64,000 nucleotides of DNA, taken from IMG/VR virus record IMGVR_UViG_2660238005_000005. The stretch is one strand, 5' to 3'. A model generated the notes under the pieces. It was not told the origin of the DNA. It worked only from the letters and a program-made list of their open reading frames with translations, and did not search any database. This document shows positions 56,824-64,000 of the stretch, in pieces. Position 1 is the stretch's first letter. The number at the start of each line of letters is the position of its first letter. Source of the stretch: an uncultured virus (IMG/VR IMGVR_UViG_2660238005_000005). Taxonomy: Duplodnaviria > Heunggongvirae > Uroviricota > Caudoviricetes. A program made the position numbers and the translations under genes.

Positions 56824-58065
56824 CTACTTGGCTCCCTTGGTGATGTGGGTAACGGCCTCGGTCGTGCTGATATGGCGTCCAGCCTGCCGCTGTTCTTCCT
56901 GATAGCTCTGCGCTCGCGCTGCAATGGCGTGAGCACTGCCGAAGCTCAGGTCGCCGCCGTCGCCGGATTTCTCGGAAAAGTCCACCTGCTTGGGCAGTTC
57001 GGCCAGCAAGCTGCGCAGCACCTCGGCCGCCGGCTTGGTGACCTGGCCGTCGCCCTCGGCGAACTCCAGGGGAGTGTCGGCAGGCAGACTCACCAGCAAC
57101 TCGATCACCGGAGCCTTCTGGCGCGGCAGCAGTCGGCCGGCCTTGACCAGGCCTTCGGCGAACTCGGTGACCTCGTTGCGATGTTCCTGGGCTTTTTGCT
57201 GGGCCACCTGTGCTTCGCGGGTGGCCAGCAGTTGCTCGCGCTCGTCGAGCTGGCGTTGGCGCTCCTGGAGCGCAGCTTCGTCAGGCATGGTCGTGTCCTG
57301 CTGTGATGGGTGAGAGGTCCGGTCAGCCTCTGCCGCTGACGCGGAAGCACCGTCGGATGGGGTGACGGTGCCCTGCGGCTCTTCCGCAGCGGCGGCAGAG
57401 GCTGCTGCGGCGTCGACGCCTTCTATTGCGGGTTCGGAGAACGACGCCTGGGCACTGGCGCCGTGGGTGGCTGCACGCCGCGCGTCCTCCTCGATCGAAG
57501 ACAACTGCCATTGTGGGATGAGCTGGTCGGCCCGTTCGGCGCCTTCGCGCTCGACGAAGAAGTCACGCAGGCGGCGCAGGATCTCGGTCAGAGCCGTCAC
57601 CGCGTAGGGCGCTTCCGCGAACTCGATGGCCAGGGCGCCGTCATCCTCGGCGAAGTTCAAGGGAGCATCGGGAATGCCTTTGATGGCCGGCGGCACGGCA
57701 CCGAGGAAGCCGATATGGCGCAAGTAGTGCTTGCCCGGAACCGGGTTGCCTGGTGAGTCCGGTAGGTACACCGAAGCGCTGCGCTTCTTGTACATCTTGC
57801 GGTTCGCGGCTTCTGCGAACTCGGGGACTACCTGGTGCGGCTCGGCATAGAGCATGCCCTCGCGCACCTCCAGGCCCTTGGCCCAGCCGTAGGCCGGTGC
57901 ATTGAGCTTGGGGTGACCGATGACGAGAGGGGCCTCGCTGAGCGCCGGATCGTAGGTCGCGGCGATCTCCTGCAGGATGGCCTCGGTGAACTCCACCGGG
58001 CGACCATCGAGAGCGACGTGCCGGCCGGCGGGGAGGATTGGCAGAGTGGCGGTTGGCTTTTTCAT
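56824..58065 (-). CDS. Prohead protease (Mu gpI-like) with nested scaffold (gpZ-like, internal start 57288)
   Basis: PLVIGHP, AYGW, YKKRSAS, LRHIGFLGA.PPAIKG; internal AGGA SD before MPDEAALQ. Confidence 0.85.
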   Translation of the reverse strand: MKKPTATLPILPAGRHVALDGRPVEFTEAILQEIAATYDPALSEAPLVIGHPKLNAPAYGWAKGLEVREGMLYAEPHQVVPEFAEAANRKMYKKRSASVYLPDSPGNPVPGKHYLRHIGFLGAVPPAIKGIPDAPLNFAEDDGALAIEFAEAPYAVTALTEILRRLRDFFVEREGAERADQLIPQWQLSSIEEDARRAATHGASAQASFSEPAIEGVDAAAASAAAAEEPQGTVTPSDGASASAAEADRTSHPSQQDTTMPDEAALQERQRQLDEREQLLATREAQVAQQKAQEHRNEVTEFAEGLVKAGRLLPRQKAPVIELLVSLPADTPLEFAEGDGQVTKPAAEVLRSLLAELPKQVDFSEKSGDGGDLSFGSAHAIAARAQSYQEEQRQAGRHISTTEAVTHITKGAK

Positions 58066-58283
58066 GCCGCCCAGAGTGAGGCGGCAGAACCGGACGATCT
58101 TTGTCGCAACCGAAAATTGGGACAAAGGCCGCGTTGGGGAGGCTTTTCTACGAAACCACGCCAACGGGCACCGTGGCAACCCCAGCAGGGCGATTTATAA
58201 AGCGTCAGCAAGGCCCGTAGAGGGGCGTAGGCCGACGAAGATAGACCTACGCCCTCGTTTGGGCCGCCAGGGGCCTAGAAACG

Positions 58284-58853
58284 CTAATTCTGCAAGGTTG
58301 AGTTTATGAGGCTCATGACTCGCTGCAGCAGTTTGGCATCGTCAGTGTCCGACGTGCCCAGCCAGGGCCTGGCCGGCATGGTGATCGTGTAGGGGCCGAT
58401 GCGCACGTCCTGGGCGAAGTTGCTACGGCGTTTCGGGACGAACTGTCGACCGACCTCGCCAGTACGTTCATTCATCCTGAAGTAAACCGTGCTCTGCCTC
58501 TCCTGACGTTGGATCGTGCCGCCGAACTGATGGATAGCGCCATAAGGAAGGTTTGTACCGAACAGCAAGGTATCGCCTTCAACCTGCCCCGCCAGTTTGC
58601 GCAAGTCGCCGCTGGCGGTGAGGATCTTGTCCCTGTTTCTTCGCTTGCGAGCCTGGTAGCGAGGCGACAGTGCCGTCCAGGGCGTGCCGTCAGGAGCCTG
58701 CTGGGCACGAAAGCGCGCCTGGTGAATGCGCAGCAACGGTTCGATCAGGTCTTCGAGGATCTTGGTGGGACTGCGCAGAGTCGCAGCCGCCGTGCTCAGT
58801 GCCTGTGTCACCTGCTGGCTGTCGAACTCCAGCTCGATACGTGCGCCGCTCAT
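58284..58853 (-). CDS. Virion morphogenesis protein (Mu gpG-like)
   Basis: APDGTPW.ALS, GTNLPYGAIHQFGG, MPARPWLG. Confidence 0.88.
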   Translation of the reverse strand: MSGARIELEFDSQQVTQALSTAAATLRSPTKILEDLIEPLLRIHQARFRAQQAPDGTPWTALSPRYQARKRRNRDKILTASGDLRKLAGQVEGDTLLFGTNLPYGAIHQFGGTIQRQERQSTVYFRMNERTGEVGRQFVPKRRSNFAQDVRIGPYTITMPARPWLGTSDTDDAKLLQRVMSLINSTLQN

Positions 58854-60100
58854 AGTCCACCCTCCACCAGAACCAAACGTCCATTGGCCAACTGCTGCCC
58901 GAGCTGCTCAACGTCGACCACGCTGCCGGACTGGACGACATTGCTGCGCGAGCTGCCCTGCAGGAGATAGTTGACGATCAATGAGAGCCAGCCTCCGCGT
59001 CGTCCAGAGTCGGACACGTAGACCAGAGCATTGGATGATGCATCCAGGAGAACCGCCTGCGGCTGGGCGAGCGCCTGCGGCAGTTGCCGCAGATCGGCCA
59101 GCGTCAGTCCAGCGAGCGCGTCATCTACCTCTGGCTCGGCCGGCGCCGCCTTGATCAGCGGCACCAACTGCTCGTCGCGCATGCTGATCAGCGCGGTCTG
59201 TGGCGTGACGCCCGCCCGCTGCATGCCCGCGACCGTCTCGGGGCTCAGCGTGCCCACGTTGCGAGCGCTGCCACGCACCACCGGCTCGGCCACGACCTCA
59301 TCCAGCCAGCTTGTCCAGGAGCGCTGCAGCGCCTCCTCGACACGCTGCTCGTCCAGCAGTTGCCTGTTCATGCGTGCCGCCGGTTCGGCCGGCAGCGGCG
59401 CGGTCTTCTCCAGGGTCAGTTGCACCTGGTTCTCGAAGGCGGCTCGACCGGGTGCGTAGTTCCAGCCCGGATCGATGCCCTCCGGCACCTGGACCATCTC
59501 GCCGTGGAAAACGATGTTGCGCATGCGGCCAGGCGGTGGTTCGTCTGGTCCCGACTTCCCCATCGCCTGCAGCTCATCCAGGCTGTAGGCCGTGACGTAG
59601 CACTCGCAGCCGAATCCACTGGGCGGATAGTGCGTCTGCCACCAGGGGTTGTCGGCGTGGATCACCAGGCCGTCCCAGGCCAGGTGCAGCTCGCGCGGGT
59701 GCTCGACAGCGTCACTGTGGTGATAGCCCCAGTACGGCCGCGTTGCCTTCACTGCCTGCAACTGGGCGTAGCGGCCGGCTGCGTAGCTGGTACGCAGGTT
59801 GGTGCGGTAGATCACCTGCGCGCGCCAGGCGCGACCGCCGGCCGGCTCCCAGCCGTAGTTGTCCAGGACGGCGTAGTAGTCCTTCTGGAACTCCTCCAGG
59901 GTTAAGCCATCGCGGATCGCCTGACGCACCACTGCGTAGAGATCTGCGACCAGGTCCGCACGATGGGCGCCTGCGCTCACAAACGACTGGTCATGGGCGG
60001 CACCGCGCACCGTGGCGTAGTTGACCGAGGGGTTCTTCGCCTCAAAGAAAGCGATCTGCTCGCGAAACGAGAGGCTGCCGTACGTCGCCGCGGTAGCCAT
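58850..60100 (-). CDS. Minor head morphogenesis protein (Mu gpF-like)
   Basis: IYRTNLRTSYAAGRY, WWQTHYPPSGFGCEC, IDPGWNYAPG. Confidence 0.88.
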   Translation of the reverse strand: MATAATYGSLSFREQIAFFEAKNPSVNYATVRGAAHDQSFVSAGAHRADLVADLYAVVRQAIRDGLTLEEFQKDYYAVLDNYGWEPAGGRAWRAQVIYRTNLRTSYAAGRYAQLQAVKATRPYWGYHHSDAVEHPRELHLAWDGLVIHADNPWWQTHYPPSGFGCECYVTAYSLDELQAMGKSGPDEPPPGRMRNIVFHGEMVQVPEGIDPGWNYAPGRAAFENQVQLTLEKTAPLPAEPAARMNRQLLDEQRVEEALQRSWTSWLDEVVAEPVVRGSARNVGTLSPETVAGMQRAGVTPQTALISMRDEQLVPLIKAAPAEPEVDDALAGLTLADLRQLPQALAQPQAVLLDASSNALVYVSDSGRRGGWLSLIVNYLLQGSSRSNVVQSGSVVDVEQLGQQLANGRLVLVEGGL

Positions 60101-61578
60101 CAGGCACTACCTCGCGCGGCCAGATCGTCCTGGACGTCAGTACGCCCAGCCAGGTTCGCTGCCTGCAGGCCGACCGCCATGGCGGCCGCGTATTGATCCA
60201 GGCTCAGCTCGGGAGCAAGTTGCAGCAGTTGCTCCTGCAACTCGTCGAGGCTGGTGGCATTGTCGACCAGAGCGCGGAGTTGCTCGCTCCAGTCCTTTAC
60301 CGCCGGCTGCATGGCCTTGGCCAACTGGTCCGTCATCGCCGCGGCCGGATCGCTTCCCCCGGCACGTTCGGCAAACTCGGCGGCAGGTGAGGGGCCAGTT
60401 GGCTGACCTTGCTCCTGTTTCTGATCCTGCTCCTGGACCTCAATTCCATAGGTCTCCTGGACGTAACCCAAGGTGGGCTTGAAGCCGGAGAACCGCACTA
60501 CCTTCTCGTCTCGACTGGCCTTGGCGTCCATGTCCTCGGGTTCTTCGACGACCCGGTAAACGCATGGCGGCTCAGCGCCGGGGAAGTTCCACTCGGTCAG
60601 CCAACGCGCGGGGCCCTGGTTGAAGCTCTCACAGATCAGGTCGGCGTCGGCTTTCACAAGGTCGAGGCGCACGTCGGCCTGCAGATCGTCGTTGCCCAGG
60701 CGGCCGGGAGTGCCCTGGCTCGACGCCACCTGGCCCAGCGTTACCTTGGCGATGGTCTCATCCATGGTGTCGTGCAGGATCTTGTAGTCGGCCGTGCCAG
60801 AGCGCGAGGCCTCCAGCAGTTCCACCAACATGTCCTCCGGCATGATGACACCGGTATCGGTCTGAATCGCCTGGGTGGCGGCCAGCAGCTTGGCCTTCTC
60901 CTCTGGCGTGGCGTTCTTCCCGAATTTGCCGACGGCCGTGGGCATACCGAACTTGTCCAGGAACGTGAGCCAGAACTTCAGTCCGTTGCGCTTGAAATAC
61001 ACCGGCCAGTACAGCCAATGGGCCAGTCCGAGGCCATAGGGCTCGTCGTCGTTGTCGGCGCCGGTCGAGAAGTGCCAAAAGTACGGCGAAGGGCACGGCT
61101 CACCCTCGAACATGTTGTTCGGCGTCAGCAAGCGCAGGCCACCCTGCAGGTCGTAACGGAAGCGGCGGCGGTTGCGCACCTTGACCGCCTGCAGGGTGAT
61201 GTAGCGGTCGTCGCGGCCGTAGATCAGTTCGGACACGGCGTGGCCGTAGTACACCCCATAGAGCATGCCGTTGGTGATCCGGTCCCAGCCAACGTTCTGC
61301 AGCTGCTGCTTCAGGTGCTCAGCTGCGGCCTTGTCGATCCGGCGGTCGCCGCCGGCATCGACCTGCCATTCCTTGCTGACGACGGCCAGCTGCCGCTGGC
61401 CCCAGGTCGCCTTGACCTGGGCGTCGCGCAGCACTTCCTCGTAGATGCGCAGGTCGTTGCCGCCCCGGCGCTGCAGGATGTAGTCGCTCGGTTGCTGCAG
61501 GCCGGAGAGGAATGGACGGGTAATATCGCGGCCGTCGCCCGTGGTGGCGATCTCCTGGCCGAGCTTGGGCGGGTGCAT
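60100..61578 (-). CDS. Portal protein (Mu gp29/DUF935)
   Basis: YGLGL, FLDKFGMP, synteny. Confidence 0.9.
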   Translation of the reverse strand: MHPPKLGQEIATTGDGRDITRPFLSGLQQPSDYILQRRGGNDLRIYEEVLRDAQVKATWGQRQLAVVSKEWQVDAGGDRRIDKAAAEHLKQQLQNVGWDRITNGMLYGVYYGHAVSELIYGRDDRYITLQAVKVRNRRRFRYDLQGGLRLLTPNNMFEGEPCPSPYFWHFSTGADNDDEPYGLGLAHWLYWPVYFKRNGLKFWLTFLDKFGMPTAVGKFGKNATPEEKAKLLAATQAIQTDTGVIMPEDMLVELLEASRSGTADYKILHDTMDETIAKVTLGQVASSQGTPGRLGNDDLQADVRLDLVKADADLICESFNQGPARWLTEWNFPGAEPPCVYRVVEEPEDMDAKASRDEKVVRFSGFKPTLGYVQETYGIEVQEQDQKQEQGQPTGPSPAAEFAERAGGSDPAAAMTDQLAKAMQPAVKDWSEQLRALVDNATSLDELQEQLLQLAPELSLDQYAAAMAVGLQAANLAGRTDVQDDLAARGSA

Positions 61579-63281
61579 CAGTAGCCTCCGAGGTCGGTGC
61601 GGCCGGCGACGGTGCCCCAGCCGCGGTTGGTGGTGTTACGGGTACCGGCAAGGTCTTGTTGTGCGGAGGCCCGGCGCCCAGCCGACTGGCACTCGATAGG
61701 CTGCTTGCGGCCAGCCATGTAGCTTGCTCGCACGGCCATGACCAGGCTCACGGCGCTGTCGCCATGACGCTTTGCCTTACCGCCCGCCGATTCCAGATCA
61801 GCCTTGCGGCCTTTATCGATCACTGGAATGCCGTTCTCGACCTTGATCGAGAGAAGATCGTCCAGCGTGCTTTGGTGCCTGGACAGCTCGATGTTGAAGG
61901 CCTCGAACTCCCCTTTGAGCTTGGGCATCCACTCGGCGTACCAGGCAAGGTTGAGGCTGACCTGCTCGACCACCGCTGGGCCATACCGCAGCGCCGCCTG
62001 TTCCGCGAGGTATCCGCCGTTGCCGGTGGCATCGAAGGCCATGCCCACGACACGCGGCAGGCGATCGCAGATGAAGAACATGATGTCGCGCTGCGCTTCG
62101 TAGGTCAGGTTGCGCAGCTCGACCCGGAACGCCTCCCGCTTGCGTAGGGTCGGCGAGATCTGCAGCGGGGTGAACACGGTCAGGTCGCCACGGCGCGCGA
62201 AGTCTTCGCCGAAGCTGTGGGTGTTCTCCGGGTCCAGCCTGGCCAGCTCTGGCAGAAGGTTTTCTTCGCACCAGGTGCGGATCTCGTCTTCCCGCATCTG
62301 TGGTGTCCAGCCTTCGAAACCTTCCGGCGCCTCGTACCGGTAGATACGGATCGAATGGTCCTGGACCATCGCCTGCTCGATGAGCACGCGAGAGAGGTAG
62401 GCGCCGCCGGACTTCTTCGGGATGCAGCCGTATTCCTCGTCGGCGGACTCGGTATTGGGGGCGTTCTTGTACAACCCATCGCGCCACGCCTTCTCGGCCT
62501 CGGGCGACCACTCCTGGCCGGTGACGAAGCAGATTCGCTTGTACAGTCCTTCGACGATCGCATCATCCAGGGTGATGCGGTGAACGCTGTAATCCTTGCG
62601 GCCCTCGCGGGCATCCTGGATGTACTGGTTGAACGGGTTGTCGACGCCGTTGTGGGTGCTGATCAGGCGGACCTTGTTACCCCACATCGTCAGCGCCAGG
62701 GCGGCCTTCAGCAGCTCCTCCAGGGACTCATGGAACGCCGCCTCGTCGATCACCACATCGCCCTGCAGGCCGCGCAGGTTGCTCGGCCGGCTACTCAAGG
62801 CCTGGATCTTCCGCCCCGACTTCGGGAAGCGGATCATGTAGGTCAGGATCTCTTCCTTCTTCCCTTCGTCCCAGAAGGTCTGCTCGTAGACGTCAGCCTC
62901 GGCCAGCTCGTTGAAGGCGCGGGCGAACAACGCGCAGGCGGCGATGTACTCCAGCGCCATCTCCTGCTTGCTGCCGACGTAGAAGGTGTTGCAGCCACCT
63001 CGGCGCCGCGGCTTGGCGGCATTGATCACGTTGCGCCCGGCTTCGGCCCAGGTCAGGCCGGTGCGGCGAGACTTCTCCGCGATCATGATCGGACTCTCGT
63101 CCTCGAACCAGCGCTGCTGGTAGCCCAGGAAGACGGCGTCGTTGGATGGAATCGCCTCGGAGATCTCCTGCGGCACATCGACGCCATGCAACGCCATCTC
63201 CTCGGCCAGGTCGATCTTGCGCGGCGCGCTGGTGGCCTTGAGCTTGGAGCCCAGGTTATCGGACGTTGCGTGCATGGCCAT
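61578..63281 (-). CDS. terL: Terminase large subunit (Mu gp28-like)
   Basis: EKSRRTGLTW, VIDEAAF, ISTHNG, DATGNG, HGD. Confidence 0.93.
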   Translation of the reverse strand: MAMHATSDNLGSKLKATSAPRKIDLAEEMALHGVDVPQEISEAIPSNDAVFLGYQQRWFEDESPIMIAEKSRRTGLTWAEAGRNVINAAKPRRRGGCNTFYVGSKQEMALEYIAACALFARAFNELAEADVYEQTFWDEGKKEEILTYMIRFPKSGRKIQALSSRPSNLRGLQGDVVIDEAAFHESLEELLKAALALTMWGNKVRLISTHNGVDNPFNQYIQDAREGRKDYSVHRITLDDAIVEGLYKRICFVTGQEWSPEAEKAWRDGLYKNAPNTESADEEYGCIPKKSGGAYLSRVLIEQAMVQDHSIRIYRYEAPEGFEGWTPQMREDEIRTWCEENLLPELARLDPENTHSFGEDFARRGDLTVFTPLQISPTLRKREAFRVELRNLTYEAQRDIMFFICDRLPRVVGMAFDATGNGGYLAEQAALRYGPAVVEQVSLNLAWYAEWMPKLKGEFEAFNIELSRHQSTLDDLLSIKVENGIPVIDKGRKADLESAGGKAKRHGDSAVSLVMAVRASYMAGRKQPIECQSAGRRASAQQDLAGTRNTTNRGWGTVAGRTDLGGY

Positions 63282-63282
63282 G

Positions 63283-63858
63283 TCAGGCTTTCCCCAGCAG
63301 GATGTCCCGGATACGTTGTTCGAGCTGCTCGCTCATGCCGTCGCTGCCACGCATCTCTTCCAGGCGCTGCTCCTGTTCCTGGAGCTGTTTCTCGCGGCCC
63401 CGCTGCTCAGCCTCTGCCTGGAACTTCTTCAGCGTGACGCTGGAGCGCGTCAGCGTCGCGATGTTCTTTGCCGCTGACGCCAGCAGTCCGACACGATCAG
63501 CCGGGTCCATCTCTTCATCACCAGCCTCCTGCAAAGAGATGATCGACTCGAACAGCTCGGACTGGATCATCGCCGTCAGCGCCTCGCTGCGTGCGTCCAG
63601 GTCGTCGCCGGCCTGGGCACGGATCAGCTTGGCCGCCTCGGTGCTGGCACGAATTGCCGCCAGCCGCCGCTCCAGCTTCTGGCCGTAGCGATGCACGGCT
63701 GCCCGGCTGGGCAGCTCGCCGGCCTCGGCCTGGCTCGGGAACTGCGCCTGCAGGTCCGCGATCAGCTCGTCCAGGGTCATCCGGCCATCGGCCAGGCGCC
63801 CCTCGATGTAGGCCCGGACTTGGTCCGGTAGCCGGGAGATCGATGATTTCCGCCCCAT
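63283..63858 (-). CDS. Terminase small subunit (Mu gp27/DUF3486-like)
   Basis: MGRKSSISRLP...SRAAVHRYG. Confidence 0.85.
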   Translation of the reverse strand: MGRKSSISRLPDQVRAYIEGRLADGRMTLDELIADLQAQFPSQAEAGELPSRAAVHRYGQKLERRLAAIRASTEAAKLIRAQAGDDLDARSEALTAMIQSELFESIISLQEAGDEEMDPADRVGLLASAAKNIATLTRSSVTLKKFQAEAEQRGREKQLQEQEQRLEEMRGSDGMSEQLEQRIRDILLGKA

Positions 63859-63864
63859 TGTTCG

Positions 63865-64000
63865 TCACCAGTACTTCTTGGGGCGGGCGATGCCGGGTTC
63901 GCAGTCGATGGTGTACTCGGCGACGTCGGTGCCGTACCGGGTCAAATCGGCGAACCACTTGCCAGACGGTTCCTTGACCAGGGTCACCAGGTCACGGTCG
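63865..64000 (-). CDS. Mu gp26-like protein, partial (C-terminus)
   Basis: ...LTRYGTDVAEYTIDCEPGIARPKKYW*. Confidence 0.65.
   Translation of the reverse strand, partial: DRDLVTLVKEPSGKWFADLTRYGTDVAEYTIDCEPGIARPKKYW

Larger units (their letters stand above)
40140..64000 (-). mobile_element. Mu-like transposable prophage, probably B3-like; right end at 40140, continues beyond window
   Basis: TG terminus; gp27/terL/portal/F/G/I head order; siphovirus tail; capsid does not look like Mu gpT. Confidence 0.9.

Noticed and set aside
49542..63437. Long + strand ORFs (49542-51095, 60409-61584, 62217-63437)
   Set aside because: Shadows of TMP, portal and terminase genes
1..64000. tRNA/rRNA genes and att core repeats
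   Set aside because: None recognised; both outer prophage boundaries lie outside the window

Overview
GC-rich, Pseudomonas aeruginosa-like sequence made entirely of two nested prophages. (1) Positions ~1-40139 hold a near-complete lambdoid siphoprophage. The late operon is on the - strand: PA0613/Q-like regulator, two holins, cos, TerS/TerL, portal, ClpP protease, decoration protein, capsid E, tail genes and GH19 endolysin, but only a truncated spanin. It also has a primase-helicase with an iteron-rich origin, a cro/cI switch with TTAACC-N5-GGTTAA operators, and a + strand early operon (dNMP kinase, PrtN-like, yfdPQR-like, C5 methyltransferase, excisionase). Cargo between xis and int comprises a 237-aa unknown protein, a PIN nuclease and a small lipoprotein. 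(2) From 40140 to the window end lies the right half (tail and head genes, - strand) of a Mu-like transposable phage, probably B3-like. Its TG terminus sits inside the integrase gene of prophage 1. The best candidates for new biology are (a) a recurring bipartite RNA element, CTCTCAC plus CACAGCAC(ATG), on the early transcripts, with complementary copies in two putative small RNAs, which suggests RNA-based control, and (b) the leaderless two-gene PIN cassette, a candidate anti-phage system. All product calls come from motif recognition and synteny; no database searches were run.
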